From assembly GCF_009914755.1 (NCBI RefSeq), contig NC_060929.1: a DNA stretch of 64,000 nucleotides. One strand, given 5' to 3'. Both the position numbers and the translations under genes were made by a program. Shown here piece after piece: positions 1 through 12,823 of this stretch. The notes beneath the pieces are model-generated. The model did no database searches, was not told the origin of the DNA, and was given only the letters and a program-made list of their open reading frames with translations. The stretch's first letter is position 1. Every line of letters begins with the position of its first letter. The DNA comes from the human T2T-CHM13v2.0 reference genome, Homo sapiens.

Positions 1-292
1 CTTGAAAAATAAAATATTGCCTGATTTTTATATATCAATATATATGGTAATTTATATTACTCTACAGTAGCTAAACACTTTGAACAGAACACTTTATTCC
101 CTGCATTTATGTAGCACTTAGCACATGATCACTACTTAATAACTTGAATTGAGCAATCAAAATCATTTACTGTTCAAATGTCCTTGTCAATATTCTCACC
201 ACAAACACTCGCATACAAACATACCTATATACATACAAAGAACTAATATCCTGTGACCTTTGACATCTGCAACCTAAAACATATCTTCAAGA

Positions 293-925
293 TTTTTTTT
301 TTTTTGATAGCCAAGGTTATTTTTAGAAAACTGGTCTGGGAACCATAAAATTTATTCTTATACAATGCTAGCGTCCTTTCTACAATGGTAAAACACAGCC
401 AGTTTTTATAAAGATAAAATGTTTATGTTTTCATTTAATAATACTTAAAATTTAGGCCGGCTCTGGCACCTCATGTCCTTCTAGGTCACAAGAGTGCACT
501 GGTGAGTGGGCACTGGCCCGGTGGGCAGTGAGCCAGGCTCCTGCAGCAGCTGACTCCACAGCAACGCCCTTTTCCTGCTGGTACCAGAACCCAAGCTGTG
601 CATGGTGGTAGATTGCCCACACCCAACTTAGTTCCCCAACCTGCTGAGGATGCCCGGGCCTGTGCCCTTGCACTTTGTGTGGCCATCGTGGCCAGTGCTG
701 CCTCAGAGCCCTGGGAACAAAGCAGCACATGGCATGGAGAGTGGCAGAAGCCTGTTACTGCACTGGCTGTAGTGGACAGACAAGAAGCTCCTGCTGTCAG
801 CCACCCAGGGCATCAAGTTGTGGCACGAGCTGCAGAGACCCATTGTGAAGAGCCTGGTGCCCACCAACTGCTGCCACTCCAGCTGTGTGGTGGAAACCAA
901 GTTGGCAGCATTCAGCAGAAAGCCC
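293..925 (-). pseudogene. Candidate processed pseudogene fragment (parent gene not recognised)
   Basis: T13 at 293-305 (poly-A on minus), AATAAA/AATAAC on minus at 351-356 and ~316-321, AT-rich UTR-like block to ~450, then an abrupt GC-rich block with third-position GC bias and 3 internal stops in the minus frame ending ...KDMRCQSRPKF*. Confidence 0.4.
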
Positions 926-1236
926 TGCCATCTTCCATGAGAACAGGCCCATATTAGCCTACTAGAGGAGGAGATACCACATGAAGAAGAACCCACGTGC
1001 TTTAGTTAACAGCCAGCTCACCCTTAGGAGAACCTGCTAGTGCACCAGCAGCTGACCACACATGCCAGAAGGAGCCCAGCTGACACCAGAAGAATAGCCC
1101 AACCGAGCCCAGCCTAAATTGCTGACCAGCTCAATCATGAGCTAATATGTTTTAGGTGGGTTGTCATGCGCTAACATGTGTTTTAGGTGGTTTGTTATGC
1201 ACTAACATGTTTTAGGTGGTTTGTTATGCACTAACA
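918..1236 (+). mobile_element. MLT1F-like MaLR LTR, 3' part
   Basis: gagcccagcctaaattgctgacc...ttttaggtggtttgttatgca matches the MLT1 3' LTR motifs. Confidence 0.75.
1142..1236 (+). repeat. Tandem repeat, ~29-31 bp x3
   Basis: ctaa(t/c)atg(tg)ttttaggtgg(g/t)ttgt(c/t)atgc repeated three times. Confidence 0.9.
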
Positions 1237-1829
1237 CACACATACGTCTACTACAGACAGGATGCCAGGATTCAAAGAAAGGTTGATTCCTAGTTACCCG
1301 CGAAGAGTAGGCACCCTATAGGTTCTGATTTTCTTTTCCCCTTAAACTTGGATCTCTTGTTAGATGGTGTTGAGTTATATAGAAATGCATGTAGGCATGT
1401 ATGCATGTGACTGGTGTTTAAATTCACATAATCCCTCACACCACAGAAGGAAACAGGCAACCACAGTTTGACCATTAAGGTCAAGGCCAAATTACAAAAT
1501 AATAAGTTTGTCTTTAATCTATTCCCTTAGTATCTAAATGTTGGAGGTCAAGGCTGTGGACAGATCTGAAAACACAGGATTCCATCCTCCTGGAGCGCAT
1601 TGTCATTTGTTCACTGTCTTATCTCCAAAAGAAAGATGGGTAGCAGGTGGGCAGCAGTGGTCTACCTGTGGACACTTACTGCTTGCAGCCTCCTGCTCTC
1701 TCTAGGGTCACTACCTCTCCCAACAAGGGGCCTGAGGAGAGATGTTGGTAGGGAGGAGCTGTTCCCTCACCTCTGGAAGAAAAGGACCTCCCTGAGGCCA
1801 GGGGAGTCAGCGTCCTCAGAACTGCACTT

Positions 1830-2045
1830 TTATGTGGAAGCCACTGGCCATATGTGGCTACTGAGTATATGGAATGTGGCTGGTCTGAACTGAGATGTGC
1901 TGGGAAGGTAAAACAGAGCGTGTTTCAAAGTTTTAGCACCAAAAGTTATATATTTCATAAACAATTACATATTGATCATATATTAAAATGACAATACGTT
2001 TAGTATATTGGGTTAAATCTATTATAATCAATTTATCAATTTTTT
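1830..2045. mobile_element. MER33/Charlie1-type hAT DNA transposon fragment
   Basis: gccactggccatatgtggctactgag...aatgtggctggtctgaactgagatgtgctg...atattgggttaaat. Confidence 0.7.
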
Positions 2046-2523
2046 AAAAAATAAAAATTTAAATAAAATAAATACAAAATGAGCAGGCAAGGTGAGAAAG
2101 GAAAGCTTAGTTCCCAACTACCCACTCTTCACAGTACTTTCCACTCATCTTTCCCTTGTGGATACTAAGACCTTCAGAGGAAACAGAACTTGAGAGCCTT
2201 CAGAGAGGTGATCCATCAGATCTCACAATCTGACTTGGAAAGACAGATCAAGAGAGTTTGGAATACATTAATCGTAAAATTCTGAAATTGCAATATTAGG
2301 TATCTCATAATGAACGCAAAGGAGTAGTATTTAATGGTATCTTTTTTCCTTTTTAAAAATGTTCGACTATGTCTTTAGTACATAGAACAGCTCATAGTGT
2401 CTAGCTCATGTTGAAAGGATCTACAAGTCTTAGATCCTCAATGAACCTTCTATCTAAATCAGAAGTCCTAATATTCACATGTTATTAAGCCCATTGCTTG
2501 TTTCCTTCAGTTTACAAGTTTTT

Positions 2524-2625
2524 ATAACCTCTTTGAGGGCAGGCTTGTATCTCTAGTTTAATTACTGTGTCTCCGGCACCCAGCGCTGTTCCTGAAACAA
2601 TAGCTCTTTAATAAATATCTAACGT
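2524..2625 (+). mobile_element. L2 3' end
   Basis: ctctttgagggcagg...tgtgtctccggcacccagc...aataaatat. Confidence 0.65.
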
Positions 2626-3414
2626 TGAGGGCATTATTAATGTATCCAGAGAAGCTGAATTCTCTAATAAGCACATAAAGGAACTTTGTACCAACAAAGC
2701 TGTAAATAACAGGACAAAAATATATAGGTGCTATAATAGCTATGTAAGAAGCAAATAGCATAGAGTTGCAGAAAGTAACTTCTGCAACCAAATGGACATT
2801 TTAAAAAACAAAGCATTCTGGAAAAGCAGGATTGTTAATTGACAGAGGGAAAAAAAGGAATGATTTGGTCCCGATTTTGTTTTTATCTTCTCTGATAAGG
2901 AAAGTATCCTAAAATGATAACTGAGAGAGTAAAACAAGTATTTGCAAAAGGAAATTAAAACCCCGGATAGCTAAGAAAATTACAACAGAGCTTACTGTTG
3001 CTACTTTAAATGAGTTTACATCTCTTGTCTTAAATGAGTTACATTCTTGTTTACTAAGGGACTCTGTAAATGAGATTGCCAGGGAAATATAAAGTTAGAA
3101 TAACTGGCCAACAATAGATCGGGAAAGTTATTTAAATGACTAAAGGGCTTGATCTTTATATCAGGTAAATGTATACAATGGAAAATATAAAGGATAGCTT
3201 GTGAACACTTACAATGGAAAGCATGGCTTGCTTTAGGCCAACATAGCTTAATAAATGGCATTTAATTGAAGTAGTTACTTTTCCTTATGTTGAAGTATTT
3301 TTAAGCAATATAATGCCATTCCACCCCTATGTATTTAGTATGAATCTTTAAATAGAAGGGCATTTTCTTATATGACAGTGCTATTATTGCACTAACAAAA
3401 TTAATATTGCTTGC

Positions 3415-5010
3415 TGTATTATTTATTGTCAGTTGACAAATTACCACAAATTTAGTGGCTTAAAAAATACTTATTGTTTTATTTCACGTTTTTTTTTTTT
3501 TTGACTTTTATTTGATGTTCAGGGGTACATGTGCTTGTTATACAGGTAAACTGCATGTCATGAGAATTTGGTATACAGATGATTTCATCGCCCAGGTAAT
3601 AAGAAAAGGACCCTATAGGTATTTTTTCTGATCCTCTCCCTCCTCCCACCCTCTGCTTCCAGTAGGCCCCAGTGTCTGTTGTTCCCTTTTGTGTCTATGT
3701 GATCTCCTTATTTAGCTACCACTTATTAAGTGAGAACATGTGATATTTGGTTTTCTGTTCCTCCATTAGTTTGCTTAGGATAACGGCCTCCAGCTCCATC
3801 CATGTTGCTGCAAAGGACATGAAGGACGTGATCTCATTTTTTTATGGTTGCTTAGTATTTCATAGTATGTACGTATCATATTTTCTTTATCTAGTCTATC
3901 ATTGATGGGTATTTAGGTCGATTCCATGTCTTTGCTGTAAATAGTGCTGCAGTGAACACATACGTTCTTTATGTGTCTTTATGGTAGAACTATTTATATT
4001 CTTCTGGGTATATACACAATAATGAGATTGCTGGGTTGAATGGTAATTTTTTTTTTGAAGTTCTTTGAGGAATTGCCACACGGCATTCCACAATGGCTAA
4101 ACTAATTTACATTCCCACTGGCAGTGTGTAAGTGTTCCCTTTTCTCTGCAACCTTGCCAACATCTGTTGTTCTTCGATTTTTTAATAATAGCCATTCTGA
4201 CTGGTATGAGATGGTATCTCATTGTGGTTTTGATTTGCATTTCTCTAATGGTTAGTGATGTTGAGCATTTTTTCACATGCTTGTTGGCCACATGTATATC
4301 TTCTTTTGAAAAGTGTCTGTTCATGTCCTTTGCTCATTTTTTAATGGGGTTGTTTGTATTTTTCTTATAAATTTACATTCCTTATAGATTCTAGATATTA
4401 GACCTTTGTCAGATACATAGTTTGCAAAAAATTTATCCCATTCTAGAGGTTGTGTGTTTACTCTGTTGATAGTTTTTGCTGTGTAGAGACTGTTTAATTA
4501 AGTCCCATTTCTCAATTTTTTTGTGTCTCAGTTTCTAAAGGGCAAAAATCTGTCATGGCTGCTCAGACTCTCATACTCAAGGTGTAGACTGGCTGTGCCC
4601 CCACCTGAGGATTTCAGGAAGAACCCACTTCCCAGTTCATTCAGGTTATTGGCAAAATATAGTACCTTGTGTTTGTAGGACTCAGGTTTCATTTCCTGAC
4701 TGTCAACCAGTATGGACTCTCATTTTCTCAGCCACTCATGGTTCCTTGCTCTGGGTTTCTTCAGATGCCCTCTCCTGGGCTCTCACATCACTGTGATCAC
4801 CATGGGCATGAATCCCTCTCTTGGATTCCTCTCAACTTCAACTCCCTCTGACTTTTCCCTCTGCTCTGGACCAGAGAAAAGTTCTCTTCTTTTAAGTGGT
4901 TTGTGAGATTATGCTAGGCCCACCCAAATCATCTCCTTTTCCTAACATAATGACAGGAGTAACACAAGGAGCAAGGGTCAAGAAGTCATCTTAAAATTCT
5001 GCTTCCACAC
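3415..5010 (-). mobile_element. MLT1D/E-type MaLR LTR, interrupted by L1 (3489-4522)
   Basis: aaattaccacaaatttagtggcttaaaa at the start; ttcattcaggttattggcaaaat and catcttaaaattctgcttccaca at the end. Confidence 0.75.
3489..4522 (-). mobile_element. 5'-truncated L1PA (L1PA13-16-like) 3' end
   Basis: Poly-T followed by L1 3'UTR; ORF 4097-4324 (-) is the ORF2 C-terminus [10 protein letters not shown]...[22 protein letters not shown]. Confidence 0.92.
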
Positions 5011-5647
5011 TTGATGATGTCAAATACACACTCTATATCAAATGCTTCCATTTTATTTTTCTGTGAGTTCATTTGAATTGGGATCCAAACAAATTCCATG
5101 TACCGTGTTTTGTTGTTAAGTATCTCAAACCTCTTTTAATACAAAGCAGTGCCCTATTTTATCCATACTTCTGACTTGTTAAAGAGATTGGGTCAGGTAT
5201 TTTCTGGAATATTTTACATTGTAGATTTGCCTGTTTGCTTCCTTATATTTTTAATTGCTATTTGGTTCCAGTATTTCCTATAAATTGAAAGTGAGTTCTA
5301 AAAGCTTGATGATACTGTTGTAACCATATTTCAGCTCAGGAGTTACTGTATATTTCATATTGCATCATATCAAGTGGAATCTAACATCTAATCTATGAAA
5401 ATCAAGATAAACTAGTAGCTTCTAATATGGAAAGCCTGACCCACTCACTGTAAAATTCCCATTAACATTTCACCCAATGATGTATCTGTTGATGGTCAAG
5501 GTTAAAGCCAAAATGGTGATTTTCTAATTTGAACATTTCTTCCATATTAGATGAAATTTTTCTGTAAAGAAGACTTTTCCTAATCAACTAAATTATGTTG
5601 CCACTCTGACAAACAATTCTTACAGAAAAGTGAAGGCAAATGCTTAA

Positions 5648-6050
<403 letters not shown>

Positions 6051-6847
6051 TTTTAGTTTCCTTTTATTTCGTTTTCCTCTTTATTTTTGAGTATCATTTA
6101 ATTGTAGAAAGATGTTTTTTCATTTTCTAACAATTGAGTTTTTGCCCCCAATTAATCTTTAATGGAATTCTTCCTTTCTGGCACAACAAAGTACCCTACT
6201 GTTCTGGTATAATATGTTTTACCATATTATAGTCTGTGTTCCCTTTTATCTTCAAAAAAATGTTGATATTAGAATGGTTGGAATATTTTCTCCAAATATA
6301 TGACCCTTATTCCTTTCTTTAAAAATATTTTCTATCAATTTACCACAACAAATTATTTTTAATGTATCATTATACCACTACCATATTAGTGTTAATGTTT
6401 GTGATCATAATGAAAATTAACTTTTTGATTAATTAGCTACAAAGATTAACTACTTGATTCATTAGCTACAAAGGATATATTTTTACTTCCCAGGAATACT
6501 TACAATGTAATTTACCAAATTATTATAATTTCTACTTGCTCTGCCACTTATTCTTCAAATTTTGTTATTTCTCTTTTTCTCTGCCTATAGGACCTATATT
6601 AATCTTTCATCTTCATCCCATCATTTAGTTCTGCAGTTAAATATACTAAGTGTTTATCTCCAAAACGTACACCAAAGTTTCTGTTTTCATTTTGTGATTG
6701 GCTGAAACTCATTCCAAGTACAGCCCTTGGGATGGTCTCAGATGAAATCCATTGAGTTCTTGTTTGTTTCTTTATGATCTTTATACACAAAGTTTACATT
6801 TTGCCTAGATATAAAATCTTTGCTTCACATTTTTTCCCTTTGCATAC

Positions 6848-7167
6848 TGTATTAGTCTGTTCTGACACTGCTACAAAGAGCTACCTGAGACTGGGTAATT
6901 TATAAAGAAAACAGGTTTAATTGACTTAAGAGTTCCACATGGCTGGGGGAGCCTCAGGAAACTTACAGTCATGACAGAAGGGGAAATAGAAGCAAGGCAC
7001 ATCTTACATGGTGGCAGGAGAGAGACAAAGTCAGGGGGGAAGTGCTATGCTTTTAAACCATCAGATCTCATGAGAACTCACACACCTTCCACCAAGTCCC
7101 TCCCTAACACAAGGGGATTACAATTCAAGAGGATATTTGGGTGAGGATGCAGAGCCAAACCATATCA
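6848..7167 (-). mobile_element. THE1D/MSTA-type solo LTR, internally deleted
   Basis: tgtattagtc...agccaaaccatatca termini; 5-bp TSD catac at 6843-6847 and 7168-7172. Confidence 0.92.
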
Positions 7168-8012
7168 CATACCTTACAAAAGGGTTGCTCTATTTGGTTC
7201 TAGCATAGCACTTTTGATATTTTACTTATAAGTTACTCGATTTTGACAGGAAATCTGAAGATTTTTTAAAAAACTATAATGTCCAGTATTTCTCCATATT
7301 GATCGGTCTGAAATAATATTCTAAATTACTAGATATCTCTGTCAATATGTAGATTAGATTTTATTTCAGGACATTTTTCTTGAATTATAGTTTTAAATAA
7401 TTTTCCTATTTCAGTATTTTACATTTTCTCTTTGGAGTATTCCAAGCATAGATACACTACTCTTTCCCTCTCCTCCATGTCTTTCTTATCCGAGTTTCTT
7501 TAGCATTTTTTAATTTTTTTGTTACATTTCCCATTTTCTTCACTTTTTCCATTTCTTTATTACATTTATATTACTGTGATTTTTATAGTCTTTTGATTCT
7601 TGTATTCCTTTTCAATCTCCATTTTAGTAATGTTTCTTTTATCTTTCTATTCCTTTCCTGAGTAGTTTTCACATTCCTCTGTAGTCTAATGAAATTACTA
7701 CCTGTCCTATTTGCAATTTCCATTATCATTATTTCATTTTTTTACTTTAATCTTTTATCTGATTTTGAAATATTGGATTATAATTATTTTGTACCATATT
7801 TTTGGGGCAGTTCATAACATCTTGTTATGTTATTTAGTTGTTCTTATTTTTTCTTATAATACTTGTGACTGAAGTTGTGTTATATATGTTTTTTATTTTC
7901 TTTAGTTTTGTATATGTAAATAAGATGGATTTTATTGGATTATTAGAGACAGTACAATGATGGACTAAGTGCTTTTCTTAGCTTTCAGGCTCACGTATTC
8001 TCCCTTCCCCTA

Positions 8013-8349
8013 TTTTTTTTTGTTTGATTTGTTCTGTTTTTTGTTTGTTTTGGGGTGTTTTGTTTTTGAGATAGGTCTTCCTCTGTCATTCAGGCTGGAG
8101 TACAGTGACATGATCATGACTCACTGCAGCCTAATCTCACTGGGCTCTGATGATCCTCCCATCTCAGCCTCCCAAGTAGCTGGGACTAAAGGCATGTGCT
8201 ACCACACCCAGCTAATTTTTGTATTTTTTGTAGAGACAGGGTTTTACCATATTGCCCAGGCTGGTGTTGAACTCTTGGCCTCAAGTGATCCCTCCCACCT
8301 CAGCCTCCAGTGTGTTTGGGACTATAGGTGTGTGTCACCACACCCAGCC
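8013..8349 (-). mobile_element. AluJ
   Basis: cactgcagcc...gatcctccc and ggcctcaagtgatcc J diagnostics; degenerate T/G tail. Confidence 0.9.
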
Positions 8350-9714
8350 TTATCTGTTTTTTTTTTTTTTTTTTTTGAAGAATTCAAAGTATGCTCTCTG
8401 TATAGTACCTTATCTACCTTTCAGAGAGAAGATTGACTCAAAAGCATTTAATCCCCAAACTTGGGATTTTCAGGCCTCAAAGCATTGACTTCTAGGTAGT
8501 ACTTATTCCTTGAATGTAGCATTTTATTGATATGAGCTTTTGGGAATCTACTTCTCAATTCCTCTGAAACCTCTTTCATTTGCATAGGGTGTTTTCATTT
8601 GCAGAGGTCAATTTGCATTTTGCTCCTCACATTTCCCTATAAGGTGAGGCTCTGTTCTTCTTATAGGGAATATTCCCTAGATTTCTTTTTTCAAACCAGT
8701 GATTACTCAATGGTTGTGGCACTGTTTGACACTCTTACTAACCACATATACCAATTATTCATATTTTCCCATTGCCCACATTTTCTCTCAGATGTGACAA
8801 TTGACAAAAATGTTGTCAAGTACCAAACAGGATGGGTACATTCTAGGTTCATCTCACATAAAGCATCACTTTTTCTTTCCTATTCTGTCTGCTCTTTCCA
8901 CAAAGTTGCTGATGGACTGCAGATTATTATTATTGGGTGAACCCACGCTAGTTCTGGCATTCCCATGTATGATGATTTTAGAAATATGGCCCAAAATTCC
9001 AAAACTCTCATCCAATTGAGAGGTAGGTTTCTAAGTTCCTTAAATTTGGTTGGACTTTGACTGCTTTGACCAACAGAGTGCAGAGGAAGTGATGCCGCAT
9101 GACTGCTAACCCTAAGTCAGAAAACGCCATGACTTCTAACGCTACGCTACGAAGCTGGAAAGGCCAAGAGTAGGTAAACCAGTTGACTGGTCCAGCTTAC
9201 CCCAGGTTTGCTTCCATTCCCAGCAAGGAACCCAATGAATAAATGAAGCCATTTTAAATGCTTCAGACCAGCCCATATGCCACCTTTATATCACCAAGCA
9301 ACTTCTGTTGATGCTACATTAAGTAAGAGTCACCCAGTTGAACCCTGTCCAAATTCTTAACCTAAAAAATGAGACATAAGAAAATGTTATTTAGTGTCAC
9401 TAAATTTTGGTTTATTGCATAGAAATAGATAATTGAAACATGGTTTTGCACCTGAAAGTAGGGAGCTGCTGTAACAAACTCTCACATGTGTGTCATTGGT
9501 TTGGGAACAGTAATGGGTAGAGAAGGAAATGTATTTAATGAACCTGATGATCTAGTTAAGGAGATTTCCAGACAGAGTCTTGAAGGTATCACCATCTGGT
9601 GCCTTCTAGTTGCCTGTTATATAATGTGAGAAAAAGTACCTAACCAAAAAACAAACTTTTAACTTTTGAATTAACATTTGGAAAAAACGTAGATGTTCTA
9701 AGCTAGTCTTCAGT

Positions 9715-11380
9715 GTTGTTTTTTTTTTTTCCTGTATTCAACTTTTAAGTTCCGGGATACATACGTAGGATGTACAGGTTTGTTACATAGGTAAACATGT
9801 GCCATAGTGGTTTGCTACACAGATCAACCCATCACCTAGGTATTAAGCCCAACATCCATTAGCTATTCTTCCTGATCCTCTCCCTTCCTGAACCCCACAA
9901 TAGGCCCCAGCATGGTTGCTCCCCAACATGTGTCCATATATTCTCATTGTTCAAGTCCCAGTGATAAGTGAGAACATGCGATGTTTGGTTTTCTGTTCCT
10001 GCATTACTCTATTACTCTGCTAAGGATAATGGCTTCCAACTCCACCCATGTCCCTGTGAAGGACATAATCTCATTCCTTTTTGTGGCTGCATAGTATTCC
10101 ATGGTGTACATGTACCACATTTTCTTTATCCAATCTATAATTGATGGACATTTGGGTTGATCCCCTGCCTTTGCTGTTGTGATTAGTGCTGCAATGATCA
10201 TATGGGTGCATGTATCTTTATAATAGATTGATTTATATTCCTTTGGGTACATACCCAGTAATGGGATTGCTGGGTTAAATCATATATCTGCTTCTAGATC
10301 TTTGAAGAATCACCACACTGTCTTCCACAATGTTTGAACTAATTTACACTCCCACTGACAGTATAAAAATGTTCCTTTTTATCTACAATCTCACCAGCAT
10401 CTTTTTTCTTGACTTTTTAATGACCACCATTCTGACTGAAGTGAGACGGTATCTCACTGTGGTTTTGATTTGCATTTCTCTAATGATCAGTAATGTTGAG
10501 TTTTCATGTTTGTGGGCCACATAAACGTCTTCACAGTGCTCAAGGAAATTAGAGAGGACACAAACAAATGGGAAAACATTCCATGCTCATGGACAGGAAG
10601 AATAAAGATCATGAAAATGGCCATATTGCCAAAAGTAATTTATAGATTCAATGCTATTCTCATTAAACTACCATTGATATTTTTCACAGAATTAGAAAGA
10701 CTATTTTAAAATTCATATGGAACCAAAAAAGAGCCTGAATAGCCAAGACAACCCTAACAAAAAGAACAAAGCTGGAGGCATCATGCTACCCTACTTCAAA
10801 CTATACTATAAGGCTACAGTAACCAAAACAGCATGGTACTGGTAAGGAAACAAACACAGACCAATGGAACAGAATAGAGACTCAAATAAAACCACACACC
10901 TATAATCATCTGATATGTGATGAACCTGATAAAAATAAGCAATGGGGAAAGGACTTCCTATTTAATAAATGGTGCTGGGAAAACTGGCTAGCTAACATGC
11001 AGAAAATTGAAACTGGACCCTTTCTTTAAATCTTATACAAAAATTAACTCAAGATGGATTAAAGACTTAAATGTAAAACCCAAAACTATAAAAACCCTAG
11101 AAGAAAATCTAGGCAATACCATTCAGGACACAAGCATGGGCAAAGATTTCATGATGAAAACACCAAAAGCAACTGCAACAAAAGCAAAAATTGACAAATG
11201 GGATCTAATTAAACTAAAGAGCTTCTGCATAACAAAAGAAACTACCATCAGAGTGAAAAGACAGAATAAGAGAAAATTTTTGCAATCTATCCATCAAAGT
11301 CTGATATCCAGAGTCTACAAGGAACTTAAATTTATTAGAAAAAATAACTCCATTAAAAAGTGGACAAATGACATCAACAG
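9715..11380 (-). mobile_element. 5'-inverted (twin-primed) L1PA (L1PA8-13-like): 3' part 9715-10530 (-), inverted ORF2 part 10531-11380 (+)
   Basis: Orientation flips at ~10530; the + segment encodes ORF2 [18 protein letters not shown] and [21 protein letters not shown] and ends at gacatcaacag, adjacent in L1 coordinates to the start of the - segment. Confidence 0.92.
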
Positions 11381-11427
11381 TCTATTATACCAGCAAAATA
11401 GTTTCAAAAAAATAAATGGCCTCAGAG

Positions 11428-12125
11428 CAAGACTTCTCAGCCTCATCATCAGTGACATTTTGGGATGGTCAGTTATTTGTTGGTGCAGGGAAGTTATCCC
11501 ACACATTGTTTATGTTAAACAAAAGTTTTGACTTCTACCCACCAGATGACAATGAAACTGGTCCAATTGTTCCATATAACTGATGTTTATGGTTTCTTTT
11601 GAATCAACATAGAAATTGACACACTCAGTCTTAAAACTTGAGAAACTTACATTTGTCTTATCTGAGTCCTTTTCTCAGGAAACTAACCATCAGTTTTCCC
11701 AGATAATCTCAAGGAACTGAATCTTACCAGACAACCACATGTGGACAATGAGATGCCAGATGCCTCACCGTGTCATGATTTACCAACTGGCCACCTGCTG
11801 TCTGATGACCAAATCCTCTTTCTTACCTTTCCCAAATTCCTGTTTTCCACACATAGTTACATTTTTTTTCCTGCTATAAGAAAGCCTAATTTTACTTGGT
11901 TGAGGTGATGATCTTGAGCCAGACCTTTCATTCTCCTTGGCTGCAGCACCCAAAAAAGCCTTCTTCCTTGGCACTGTCTCAGTGATTGGCTTTCTGTGCA
12001 TTGAGCAATGGGACCTAGAACTAACCCACAGCATTTCAGTAAACAGCAGCACCTCTCCATTTGTGAAAACTAAAAATGTATCTTGACATTGACAAATGCT
12101 GCCTCCATCCATTAAGGACCACTGT
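11428..12125. mobile_element. MER20 hAT DNA transposon, split by an ERV LTR
   Basis: tgacattttggg...ttctacccaccagatg before 11553; gcagcacc...aaaaatgtatcttgacattgacaaatg...gaccactg after 12045. Confidence 0.8.
11553..12045 (+). mobile_element. ERV1 solo LTR (LTR26-like)
   Basis: Starts tgaaactggtccaattgt...catagaaattgac; ends agtgattggctttctgtgca...cagtaaaca. Confidence 0.75.
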
Positions 12126-12368
12126 CATAGAGCAAATTTAAATCTAACAACTTCCAGAAATACATGGCCCCAGGAAATCTGGGGGATGCCTTTAAGGTAC
12201 TTTGTTAACATCTCAGAACTATGTAAGGCAGTGTCCCACATACCAACTCAATAAAACAAAAATGCCCCTAAGAACTTTAACCATATGTCTCTTTATCCTT
12301 CTGGGATAGACAATGCTGCTTTCAAGACTCTTAAGGGTATTGTCCCACAGTGGCTTCACCAAGAGCTC

Positions 12369-12463
12369 AAAACATTCCATGCTCATAGATAGGAGGAATC
12401 AATATCATTAAAATGGCCATATTGCCTAAAGTAATTTATAGATTCAATGCTATTCCCATTAAA
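12369..12463 (+). mobile_element. Isolated ~95-bp L1PA ORF2 fragment
   Basis: aaaacattccatgctcat...atttatagattcaatgctattcccattaaa. Confidence 0.85.
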
Positions 12464-12474
12464 GACAGAGAAGG

Positions 12475-12823
<349 letters not shown>

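Noticed and set aside
6425-6475. Short microduplications (also ~24180-24215, ~32554-32576, ~56475-56506, ~57985-58040)
   Set aside because: Ordinary slippage-type duplications with no shared motif
7969-8436. 155-aa hydrophobic ORF
   Set aside because: Antisense AluJ and T-rich tails
11007-11531. Longest ORF in the window (174 aa)
   Set aside because: L1 ORF2 fragment running into MLT1-int/MER20; not a host gene
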